Part shown: positions 1 through 8,627 of the stretch, piece by piece
How the letters are laid out: the number at the start of each line of letters is the position of its first letter
Numbering within the stretch: position 1 is the first letter of the stretch
DNA from: an uncultured Candidatus Neoarthromitus sp.
GTDB taxonomy: Bacteria; Bacillota; Clostridia; Clostridiales; Clostridiaceae
Reading direction: 5' to 3'
DNA length: 32,000 nt
Assembly: GCA_937890765.1 (NCBI GenBank)
Contig: CALADQ010000003.1
Location: forward strand, 68,461 to 100,460
Made by a program: the position numbers and the translations under genes
Notes under the pieces: generated by a model
What the model saw: the letters and a program-made list of their open reading frames with translations, nothing else
The model's database searches: none
What the model was told of the DNA's origin: nothing

Positions 1-625
1 GTTTAGATGAAAAGAAACCTTTATGTGCAGAAAGTCCACTAGGATGTGAAGATTTAACTACAAAATGTTTTTTATTATCGATTAACCTTTCTTTCTGAAT
101 TGCAAAATTACCCCACAAAATAAAAACTAAGTTCTTCCTATAAAGCGATAGAGTTTTTATAATTTTATCCGTAAATTTTCCCCATCCTATATCTTTGTGA
201 GAATTTGGAGAAGCTTTTCTAACCGTTAAACAAGAATTTAAAAGTAACACCCCTTGATTTGCCCAAGAAGTTAAATTGCCATGTTTAGGAATAGAAATCC
301 TCAAATCGTTTTTCATTTCTCTAAAAATATTTTTTAGCGAACTTGGAATTTCACATTCCTCATTAACTGAAAAAGAAAGTCCATGTGCTTGACTCTCACC
401 GTGATACGGATCTTGTCCTAAAATAACTACTTTCACATTATTAAAATCAACATGCTTAAAAGCGTTAAACACATTTTCTTTTGAAGGAAAAATTTTAAAA
501 TTTAAATATTCGTATTCCAAAGTTTGAAATATTTTTTTAAAATATTCTTCGGAACATTCTTTAACTATTATTCTTCTAAAATCACTACAAACATTATCAA
601 TATCAAATTCCTTTAAAAAATCCAC
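1..625 (-). CDS. ung: Uracil-DNA glycosylase, 3' end truncated by window edge
   Basis: Reverse-strand translation has GQDPYHGESQAHGLSFS (UDG catalytic motif) and SPLSAHKGFF near the left edge; GTG start at 625 with GAGG upstream. Not in ORF track because it runs off the window. Confidence 0.93.
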   Translation of the reverse strand, partial: MDFLKEFDIDNVCSDFRRIIVKECSEEYFKKIFQTLEYEYLNFKIFPSKENVFNAFKHVDFNNVKVVILGQDPYHGESQAHGLSFSVNEECEIPSSLKNIFREMKNDLRISIPKHGNLTSWANQGVLLLNSCLTVRKASPNSHKDIGWGKFTDKIIKTLSLYRKNLVFILWGNFAIQKERLIDNKKHFVVKSSHPSGLSAHKGFFSSK

Positions 626-710
626 AAATACTACCTCATAAACCCTTTAAATTTTACCCTATAACAATTAGTATAAAAACTATATTCACGAATTACAAGG
701 AGAGAATTAA

Positions 711-2615
711 ATGAATTTTATACGAGTTAGCACCGCAAGCCCAAAAACAAATGTTTCAGATATAAATTTCAACGTGGAAAATATTAAAATTTGCATCGAC
801 GAAGCCTTAAACAAAAATTCAAAAATAATAGTTTTCCCTGAACTTTCTATAACCTCATACACTTGCTTTGATTTATTTTTAACCAAAGATTTGTTGAACA
901 AAAGCTATGAAGGAATAAAAAATATTTTGGAATTTTCAAAAGGAAAAGATATTTTAATTGTTGTTGGTTCAATTTTTGAATTTAACAATTCACTTTTTAA
1001 TTGTGCGTTTGTTTTAAAAAATGAAAAAGTTTTAGGAATTTCTCCAAAAACTTTTCTTCCAAATTATAAAGAGTTTTACGAAAAAAGATATTTCACTGAG
1101 GGATTTATAGAATGTGAAAAAATTAAATTCTTAAATCAAGAAACTTATTTTGGCACTAACATCTTGTACAGTTATGAAAATATAAAAATCGGAATTGAAA
1201 TATGCGAAGATTTGTGGGCGCCAATTCCTAAAAGCTCTTACCTATCAATAAATGGAGCAAACATTATTTTAAATCTTTCTTCATCTAACGAAACTAACTT
1301 TAAGCACACTTTAAGAAAAGAATTAATTAAATCGCAAAGTAGCAAATTAAATTGTGCATATGTTTATGCAAATTCAAATTCTTCCGAATCAACTACAGAT
1401 TTAATTTTCTCGTCCTATACTTGCATCTATGAAAATGGTGAATTAATAAATGAATCTGAACGATTTCAAGACAACAACGTTTTGATTACGGGAATTGTAG
1501 ATATAGATTTTTTAAATTCTCAGAGGACAAACAACATAACTTTTAGAGATTCTTACAAATATCACAAAAAGAAAATGGAAATAGTCGAAATTAATTTCGA
1601 AAATTTAGATTACGGAAATTTCGATAGGAAAATAAACATTCACCCGTTTATTTCAAAAGACGAAAATCAAAACAAAATTCTTTTAGAAGAAATATTTTTA
1701 ATGCAGGCATCCTCTTTAAAAAAGAGATTAAACCATATAAATTTAGACAAAATAATTTTAGGAATAAGTGGAGGACTAGATTCAACATTAGCATTAATTT
1801 CTACGTACAACGCTTTTAAAATGATGAACATTCCTTCTGAAAATATAATAACCGTAACTTTACCTGGTCTTGGTACTTCTAAAAAAACAAAATCAAATGC
1901 AATTAATTTATGCAATCATTTAAATACGACATTAAAAACAATTGACATAACCAACGCAGTTCTAAAACATTTTCAAGACATAGACCATCCCGAAAATTTA
2001 CTTAACGTTACTTACGAAAATTCTCAAGCAAGAGAACGAACTCAAATTCTAATGGACTTAGCTAATAAAGAACACGCACTTTTATTAGGTACAGGAGATT
2101 TGTCAGAAATTGCACTAGGCTTTTCAACTTACAACGGAGATCACATGAGTATGTACAACATAAATTCATCAATACCAAAAACTTTAATAAAACATCTACT
2201 ACTTCACTATTGTGAAAATCTAAATTCAAATGATGAAATAAAAAATATATTAATAGATATAATAAACACTCCAATATCTCCAGAACTTCTTCCATCAGAT
2301 GAAAATAACAATATCTCACAAAAAACTGAAAACATAATAGGACCATATGAACTTCACGATTTCTTTTTGTATTATTTCATGAAATACAATATATCATTTG
2401 AAAAAATAGAATTCTTAGCTTTATATGGATTTAAAAATTTATATGATGAAAAAATAATAAAATCTTCCCTGAAAACTTTTGTGAAAAGATTTTTTCAAAA
2501 CCAATTTAAAAGATCGTGTATGCCTGATGGTCCTAAAATAACAGAAATTTCTTTATCTCCAAGAGGAGATCTAAAAATGAGTTCCGACTCCTCATATAAT
2601 TCATTTATAAATTAA
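711..2615 (+). CDS. nadE: Glutamine-dependent NAD+ synthetase (nitrilase-like glutaminase domain plus synthetase domain)
   Basis: 634 aa; N-terminal nitrilase-like domain (VFPELSITSYTC, EICEDLW) and C-terminal ATP-pyrophosphatase motif (GISGGLDSTLAL), GTGDLSEIALGFSTYNGDHMSMYN; AAGGAGAG RBS. Confidence 0.95.
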   Translation: MNFIRVSTASPKTNVSDINFNVENIKICIDEALNKNSKIIVFPELSITSYTCFDLFLTKDLLNKSYEGIKNILEFSKGKDILIVVGSIFEFNNSLFNCAFVLKNEKVLGISPKTFLPNYKEFYEKRYFTEGFIECEKIKFLNQETYFGTNILYSYENIKIGIEICEDLWAPIPKSSYLSINGANIILNLSSSNETNFKHTLRKELIKSQSSKLNCAYVYANSNSSESTTDLIFSSYTCIYENGELINESERFQDNNVLITGIVDIDFLNSQRTNNITFRDSYKYHKKKMEIVEINFENLDYGNFDRKINIHPFISKDENQNKILLEEIFLMQASSLKKRLNHINLDKIILGISGGLDSTLALISTYNAFKMMNIPSENIITVTLPGLGTSKKTKSNAINLCNHLNTTLKTIDITNAVLKHFQDIDHPENLLNVTYENSQARERTQILMDLANKEHALLLGTGDLSEIALGFSTYNGDHMSMYNINSSIPKTLIKHLLLHYCENLNSNDEIKNILIDIINTPISPELLPSDENNNISQKTENIIGPYELHDFFLYYFMKYNISFEKIEFLALYGFKNLYDEKIIKSSLKTFVKRFFQNQFKRSCMPDGPKITEISLSPRGDLKMSSDSSYNSFIN

Positions 2616-2730
2616 AATTGTACAATTAAGATTACGATTTTTATCACATTTTTACTTTAAAATAATAATATAAACCATAACTAATTTATAAAAATATGAT
2701 TAACTAAAACGTAATCCTAAGGAGGAGCAT

Positions 2731-3168
2731 ATGAATAATACCCTTAATCAAAATATACTAGGTAATTCAATTGATATAAAAATAGGCACAAACACTTCAG
2801 GAAACTATTCAGAAGTAAGAGCAGATGTTCCTGTAACTCAATACCAATCCCTAAGACTTTGGGGTCAAGTTAAAGATAATACAGGTAATCCTATTCCCTA
2901 TGCTTTATTAAAATTAATTAAAAGTACTGGAGTAGGAAATACCTATTCAGGTATTTCTCACGCAACTGCAGACTGCCAAGGATTTTATCAATTTGATATT
3001 TGTCCAGATGATGCTGCTACCTACAAACTTCTAGCATCAAAACCAAACACAGGACCAGAATTAGTTATACAAAACAATGGAAACTGTCCTGGGACAGAGC
3101 CAGAATACAATCCTTGTCCTAGTGTAGGCTTGTCAACATTTTCATTATCTGATAACACTTGCGTATAA
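2731..3168 (+). CDS. Small solitary carboxypeptidase-regulatory-like (CarboxypepD_reg/CnaB-like) domain protein
   Basis: 145 aa; LRLWGQVKDNTGNPIPYALLKLIK...ATADCQGFYQFDI matches the beta-sandwich regulatory-domain pattern; strong AAGGAGGAG RBS; terminator directly after the stop. No signal peptide visible. Confidence 0.65.
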   Translation: MNNTLNQNILGNSIDIKIGTNTSGNYSEVRADVPVTQYQSLRLWGQVKDNTGNPIPYALLKLIKSTGVGNTYSGISHATADCQGFYQFDICPDDAATYKLLASKPNTGPELVIQNNGNCPGTEPEYNPCPSVGLSTFSLSDNTCV

Positions 3169-3171
3169 AAA

Positions 3172-3198
3172 AAGAGAGAGGAACAATTCCTCTCTTTT
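3172..3198 (+). terminator. Rho-independent terminator after the 2731-3168 ORF
   Basis: AAGAGAGAGGAA-CAA-TTCCTCTCTTTT stem (about 12 bp including one G-T pair) followed by CTATTTTAAAATTTTAT. Confidence 0.75.
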
Positions 3199-3377
3199 CT
3201 ATTTTAAAATTTTATATAAATTAAAAACAAAAAAGCATGCACGATAAACCAATTAAAATGATTTTGAATTTAAAAATACATGCCTACAAAATTTAATAAA
3301 AACTTATATGCACTATATATAAAACTGAATTAAATACTCCAAAAATATCAAGAAATCACACTGAATATTAATTCATT

Positions 3378-3662
3378 CTAATACTCGTAGTTTTCTTTTA
3401 AAACCTCTATTAATTTTCCCAAATTTTTATCATTTATAGAATATGTAATTGCTAATCCTGATTTATGGGAAACCAATATCTTATGAGCTTTTAAAGTAGA
3501 TAAATGTTGAGATAATGCTGATTGTGTAACATGGTTAAGCCTACTATGAAGCTCACTTACTGTCATAGGTCTTTCTAATAAATAGCAAACAATATTCAAT
3601 CTATTTTCATTAGATAAGACTCTTAGAATTTCTGCTACTTCTTTAACATTTGCAATCATCAT
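3378..3662 (-). CDS. ArsR/SmtB-family winged-helix transcriptional regulator
   Basis: 94 aa; LRVLSNENRLNIVCYLL...TVSELHSRLNHVTQSALSQHLSTLKAHKILVSHKSG is a typical ArsR wHTH; the canonical metal motif ELCVCDL is absent. Confidence 0.88.
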   Translation of the reverse strand: MMIANVKEVAEILRVLSNENRLNIVCYLLERPMTVSELHSRLNHVTQSALSQHLSTLKAHKILVSHKSGLAITYSINDKNLGKLIEVLKENYEY

Positions 3663-3742
3663 AAAAAATTTAATCCTCTTTCACTTTTATAATTCTTGAA
3701 ACCTATTACTATATAATATAATATTAAAACGTATGTTTGTAA

Positions 3743-3758
3743 ATGAATATATATTCAT
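3743..3758. promoter_or_regulatory. Candidate operator palindrome upstream of the ArsR-family gene
   Basis: ATGAATATATATTCAT, perfect 16-bp palindrome about 80 bp upstream of start at 3662; nested inside GTATGTTT (3731-3738)/AAACATAC (3780-3787). Confidence 0.45.
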
Positions 3759-3915
3759 AAAAATAAATTATTTATATATAAACATACTTTTTTACAAAAA
3801 AATCTTAGTAAATTTATAAAATTATTATATAATTTTTATATAGTTAATTCATTAATATCAAAAACTTTGATTATTTGTTTCAATTAGTGTTAAAATTTAA
3901 ATTTTTTATAAATAA

Positions 3916-3944
3916 AAGAACTTATCTATTTAGATAAGCTCTTT
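3916..3944 (-). terminator. Rho-independent terminator of the MATE gene, overlapping its stop codon
   Basis: Minus strand AAGAGCTTATCTA-AA-TAGATAAGTTCTTTT; the MATE stop TAA (3932-3930) lies at the hairpin apex. Confidence 0.7.
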
Positions 3945-5270
3945 TTTGTTAATTATTATATTTTTATATATCACAATTATGCAAACGCAAAAACCTAAAA
4001 TCTCGGCAAATGGAAACACTAACCAAACTCCTGTTACATTAAGTTTAGGTACTAAAATTAAAAATCCTAGAATTATAAATACAACAGTTGAACATAATGA
4101 CATAATCATCGACTTAACGGATTGATTTATTGATTGAAAAAAATAAATTGTGACTATATTAAACGACATAAAAATACATCCTATAAAATACAACTTCATT
4201 CCCATTGAAGTTATGTTTATAAGTTCAAAATCCCAAGACTTTGTGAATATTGAAGATATATTTTTTGAAAATGTGAAAATTAAAACATAAGATATTAACG
4301 AAAAAATTACAGACGTTGAGAATCCATAAAGAAATGTTTTTTTGCATCTTGAAAATTTATTTGCCCCAAAATTAGAGCTTACAATTGGTTGAATACATTG
4401 TGCTATACCAGAAAATATACAAACTATAACGTACGATACATTAAGTATTATTCCATAAGCTGCTACATAAATATTTCCACCTATAGTAACTAAAACTTTG
4501 TTAAATAAAAATATGCTTATACCTCTGCAAAACTCTAAAATAAATGTACCAAATCCATTTACTAAAACTTTTTTTATAATTTTAAAATTTATTCCAAGCC
4601 CAACTAATTTTAATGTATTTCCTTTTGTTTTAAAATGAGTTAACAATACGCACAGATTTACAATTGGAGACATTACTGTTGCAATTACTGCACCTTTCAT
4701 TCCCCAGTTAAATTTAAATATAAAAACATAATCAAATACAACATTCACAAGATTCGCAAATATTGTTGCCATCATAACAATTTTGGGATTTTTATCATTT
4801 CTTATGAAACATCCTAAAACTCCTGAAAGCAAAAATGCCCAAGTAAAACCAACTAAAATGGTAAAATATTCTCTAAATAAAGGTTGTATTTCTGGAGTTG
4901 TTCCTAAAAATTTTCCTATACTATCTACAAATATAACTCCTAAAATAGATACTATTATTCCAACAATAAATGCAAATAAAACTGCACTTGTAAAAATTTT
5001 GTTGCTATTGTGTCCTTCGCCTTTTTCTCTTTCTATTGAAAGAATATTTGATCCACCTATCCCAATACAAAGAATTATAGACGCAAAAACAGTAAAAAGT
5101 GGAACTGCTATATTTAACGCCGTAAGTCCATCTCGTCCTACTCCAACTCCAACAAACATAGTATCCACAAAAACATATAAAGAAACTGCAATAGAAGAAA
5201 GAACTCCTGGAATTAAATATCTTAAAAATATTTTTCTTAAATCATCTTTTAACAAATCAATTTTCTTCAT
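3930..5270 (-). CDS. MATE family efflux transporter
   Basis: 446 aa, multi-TM; VSLYVFVDTMFVGVGVGRDGLTALNIAVPL, VMMATIFANLVNVVFDYVFIFKFNWGMKGAVIAT, FGANKFSRCKKTFLYGF are MATE hallmarks. Confidence 0.93.
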   Translation of the reverse strand: MKKIDLLKDDLRKIFLRYLIPGVLSSIAVSLYVFVDTMFVGVGVGRDGLTALNIAVPLFTVFASIILCIGIGGSNILSIEREKGEGHNSNKIFTSAVLFAFIVGIIVSILGVIFVDSIGKFLGTTPEIQPLFREYFTILVGFTWAFLLSGVLGCFIRNDKNPKIVMMATIFANLVNVVFDYVFIFKFNWGMKGAVIATVMSPIVNLCVLLTHFKTKGNTLKLVGLGINFKIIKKVLVNGFGTFILEFCRGISIFLFNKVLVTIGGNIYVAAYGIILNVSYVIVCIFSGIAQCIQPIVSSNFGANKFSRCKKTFLYGFSTSVIFSLISYVLIFTFSKNISSIFTKSWDFELINITSMGMKLYFIGCIFMSFNIVTIYFFQSINQSVKSMIMSLCSTVVFIILGFLILVPKLNVTGVWLVFPFAEILGFCVCIIVIYKNIIINKKELI

Positions 5271-5337
5271 TTAAACCTCTCAAAAATTATTTTCTCCAAA
5301 TCTTAATTTTCTCAATTAAAAATAATACTACAAAAAT

Positions 5338-5370
5338 AAAAGGGAAATCAATTAAATGACTTCCCTTTTT
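5338..5370 (-). terminator. Rho-independent terminator after mtlD
   Basis: Minus strand AAAAAGGGAAGTCA-TTTAA-TTGATTTCCCTTTTATTTTTG directly abutting the mtlD stop. Confidence 0.75.
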
Positions 5371-6507
5371 TCAAATAGATAAACTGTAATTGTCAATAAT
5401 TTTATTTAAGATTTCATTTTCTGTTATTCCAGAAATTTCTTTAAGCGCTCTCAAAATTCCATTTTCATTTATAATTTTTTGCATTAACACACTACTTTCA
5501 TCATTAGGTGAGAAAAATTTTAAAGCGCAAGAAACTCCAAAACAAAGTTTATCAATTTTTTCTCCAAACTCATAACAAGTTAAAATTGGTTTTACAAATC
5601 TATCGTTTAAAGATAATTTTCTCATGGGATCTCTTCCAACTCTTAAAACTTCATCTTCTAAATACGGATTTTTAAATCTTTCAATAATTTTGTTTATATA
5701 ATTTAAGTGGGTTTCCCTATCAAAAAAATATTTTCGTATTAATCCACTTCCACTTTCCATCATGCACTCTCTTACATTTTCAAATATAAATTCATCGTTG
5801 ATGCTTTCAAAAATTGTTTTATATCCTTTTAAATAACCTAAGTAAGCTGTCATTGAATGCCCTGTGTTAAGAGTAAACATTTTTCTTTCAACATAAGAAA
5901 CTAAATCATCAACTAAATTAATTCCAAAAATATTTAGCTCACCATGAATTTGATTTTTCTGAACGTTCCACTCGTAAAAATCTTCAACAACTACATCAAC
6001 AGAATTATTTTTTATTGGAGGAACTATTCTGTCTACGGAACAGTTAACAAAACCAACATTATTTTCACAAAATTCTTTCTCTTCATCATTTAAATATTTT
6101 AAAATTTCGTTTTTAAGAATTTCCGTTGCGTTAACTGCATTTTCACAAGCTATTATATTAAGTGGAGAGTTTAAATTATTTGCAATTCTGTTTTTTATTC
6201 CTAAAGCTATTGTGTTTGCAATTCGTGAAAGTATAGGAACGCCTACAGCTGTTGTTATTAAATTGCAATTTAACATTTCTGAAATGAGTTTTTTGTCTAA
6301 AGAATTAATTCCTCTAACATTTTCTATTAGCTCTTCTCGTTTGTTTATGTCATGAATTAAAACTTTGTATTTTTTGTTTTGATTTATTTTGTCAATAAGC
6401 TCGTCATTAACGTCGCAAAACAAAACTTCGTATGAAGATTTAGATAGAAGAGCTCCAATAAAACCTCTTCCAATATTTCCTGCCCCAAATTGAATAGCTT
6501 TTTTCAT
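5371..6507 (-). CDS. mtlD: Mannitol-1-phosphate 5-dehydrogenase
   Basis: 378 aa; MKKAIQFGAGNIGRGFIGALLS, TLNTGHSMTAYLGYLKGYKTI, RVGRDPMRKLSLNDRFVKP; adjacent to mtlR and mtlA. Confidence 0.96.
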   Translation of the reverse strand: MKKAIQFGAGNIGRGFIGALLSKSSYEVLFCDVNDELIDKINQNKKYKVLIHDINKREELIENVRGINSLDKKLISEMLNCNLITTAVGVPILSRIANTIALGIKNRIANNLNSPLNIIACENAVNATEILKNEILKYLNDEEKEFCENNVGFVNCSVDRIVPPIKNNSVDVVVEDFYEWNVQKNQIHGELNIFGINLVDDLVSYVERKMFTLNTGHSMTAYLGYLKGYKTIFESINDEFIFENVRECMMESGSGLIRKYFFDRETHLNYINKIIERFKNPYLEDEVLRVGRDPMRKLSLNDRFVKPILTCYEFGEKIDKLCFGVSCALKFFSPNDESSVLMQKIINENGILRALKEISGITENEILNKIIDNYSLSI

Positions 6508-6511
6508 AATT

Positions 6512-8617
6512 TTAATTTATCCTTCCATTTTCAAATTTTTTTATATGCTCTTTAAGCTGTGAAACGTAATATCTATTTAAAATATTTTCAACATGAAGTT
6601 TAACTTCGTTAAAATCATTTTTTAATATTAATTTTATAAATTTATTGTCTTTAACTAAGTCAGAAGTTATTTCTCCTATTAAATTTCGGAAAATTTCAAA
6701 ATTAAACTTGCGTGGAATTATAAAGTAAAATATTATTTTTAAATCTCCATCGTAAATTTTAATTTTATTGTTTAAAAAATAAACTCCTATGAACAATTCA
6801 TTTGAAAAATCGCTAATCGCATGCATAATAATAAGTTCCATTTCTTTCACAAAAGTTTTTGATAACAATTCACGATTCAAAACTTCCAAATAAATTTCAT
6901 TTTTGTTTTTATCCACGGTGTTAAACACAACTTCTTTAATTAAACTTTTTATATTTCCTTTAAAATCCAATTTCCTTAATTTAAATTTATCGCAAATAAG
7001 TTTTACACTTTCCCCAAGCAAATTTATAAAATCTATGTCTATAATTTGTGGTTTTATATTTTTACAATTCATAATTTCAATTCTTTTAGTTTTAAGAAGC
7101 TCTTTTAATTTACTGCTTATTATTAAAATATCTTTTTGAGTAAACTTACCGTGAACTTTAATGTAATTATCATAACCTTGAATATTTTCTGTGCTTATAA
7201 CAAAATCCACATTTTTAAGTTTAATTTCTTCCATGAGATTTGAAGAATTAACTATACCAACTATTAAAATATTTGGAAACTCATTTATAATTTTATTGCA
7301 AAGAAAAACGCAAACACGTTTAGTTTCACAACAAATTAAAGCTCTATATTTAAATGTAGATTGAAGTTTACTTTCGTAACCTGCAACAATGTGCATTGTA
7401 ATATAACCTATTTCCGATTCAGGTATTTTATATGAAACTATGTTTTCTATGAAAGAACACGCCTCTTTAGTTGCGTCGTAAAATTCTTTATAATCATTTT
7501 TCATCATGTGTAAAAAAGTATTTCTTATGTTCATTTTCATTATTAATCTGCTTAAAGCTGGCCCTAAATGAGAAGTTAAATTTTCAATTAACCCATTACA
7601 ATCCATAAGATGAATATTTAAAATTTCTTCAACTTTTCTAACAATGTCGCAAGCTAATTTCATTTTATCTAAATTTTTAAAATCAAACTCATCGAATAAA
7701 GTATTTGTTTTGCAAAAATTGTTAGACTTTAAGTGCATAGCTAAATAGCAAACATCCCCATCTTTCAAATTTTTTGAAAGCTTAATACAAACTTCATTCA
7801 TAATAAATTGGCTTACAATAAATTCATTGCTCTCTCTAAACTTATCTACAAAATTTTTTTCAAACTCGCAAAATAAATTTTCATTTAAACGCTTAACGCT
7901 TAAACACAAATGAATCAAAACGCACATGTAAGATTTTTTAGATGGATTAATATTAAATTGATTAATTGAAGAAACGATTATTTCGTTACAAAACTTAATT
8001 GTATGTTCATCTATAAATTTTAAAATTCCATATTTCGTGTTGTCGTCATTTGAAAATACGTTTTTAATTTGAGTATACAATTCATCTTCTGAAAACTTTT
8101 CATAAATAATGTACGACAAAACTTCACGAATTTTTTCCTCGTTTCCTTCAACGTATATACCATAACCTTTTTTAACATTTAAATTTAAATCAAATGACTT
8201 AAGAAAATTTTTCAGAAAATTTAAATCTTTAATAAGAGTTGAGTAAGAAATTTTAAATTTTTTCATGAAGTAAGAGCTTTTAACAGGAGAATTTTTTTGA
8301 GCTATTGAATTTATAATGTAAATGATTCTATCGTTTTTCGAAAAATTAATCAAAGAATATTTATCTCCTATAATGTCTTTAAGGAAATTTAATTTTTCAG
8401 AATCCTCGTTTATATAAATTCCCACTCCACTTTTCTTAACAAACTTAAAATCATTTTCAAACAAAAATTCTTCAATAAAAGGAAGTTCTCTAACAATTGT
8501 TCGAGAACTTACATTTAATTCTATTGATATATCTTTAATTGTTATTGGCTTATTGCCGTTTTCAATTATTATAGAGATTATTTGCTTTTGCCTAGATGTA
8601 ATTTTTAATTTTCCCAT
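6512..8617 (-). CDS. mtlR: BglG/MtlR-type transcriptional activator with PRDs and EIIB/EIIA-like domains
   Basis: 701 aa; N-terminal HTH (ITSRQKQIISIIIENGNKPITIKDISIELNVSSRTIVREL), PRD segments (LCLSVKRL, LTSHLGPALSRL, ITMHIVAGYE), EIIB-like RALICCETKRVCVFLCNKI, C-terminal EIIA-like region (MELIIMHAISD); located between mtlA and mtlD. Confidence 0.88.
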   Translation of the reverse strand: MGKLKITSRQKQIISIIIENGNKPITIKDISIELNVSSRTIVRELPFIEEFLFENDFKFVKKSGVGIYINEDSEKLNFLKDIIGDKYSLINFSKNDRIIYIINSIAQKNSPVKSSYFMKKFKISYSTLIKDLNFLKNFLKSFDLNLNVKKGYGIYVEGNEEKIREVLSYIIYEKFSEDELYTQIKNVFSNDDNTKYGILKFIDEHTIKFCNEIIVSSINQFNINPSKKSYMCVLIHLCLSVKRLNENLFCEFEKNFVDKFRESNEFIVSQFIMNEVCIKLSKNLKDGDVCYLAMHLKSNNFCKTNTLFDEFDFKNLDKMKLACDIVRKVEEILNIHLMDCNGLIENLTSHLGPALSRLIMKMNIRNTFLHMMKNDYKEFYDATKEACSFIENIVSYKIPESEIGYITMHIVAGYESKLQSTFKYRALICCETKRVCVFLCNKIINEFPNILIVGIVNSSNLMEEIKLKNVDFVISTENIQGYDNYIKVHGKFTQKDILIISSKLKELLKTKRIEIMNCKNIKPQIIDIDFINLLGESVKLICDKFKLRKLDFKGNIKSLIKEVVFNTVDKNKNEIYLEVLNRELLSKTFVKEMELIIMHAISDFSNELFIGVYFLNNKIKIYDGDLKIIFYFIIPRKFNFEIFRNLIGEITSDLVKDNKFIKLILKNDFNEVKLHVENILNRYYVSQLKEHIKKFENGRIN

Positions 8618-8627
8618 AATTCCTCAA

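Noticed and set aside
1667-2346. Minus-strand ORFs 1667-1915 and 2062-2346 inside nadE, and the 707-901 minus ORF
   Set aside because: Antisense to well-supported nadE coding sequence, with no homology signals.
4783-5274. 163-aa plus-strand ORF antisense to the MATE gene
   Set aside because: Low-complexity antisense translation (PTPTPTNIVS...) of a clearly coding MATE gene; no independent support.
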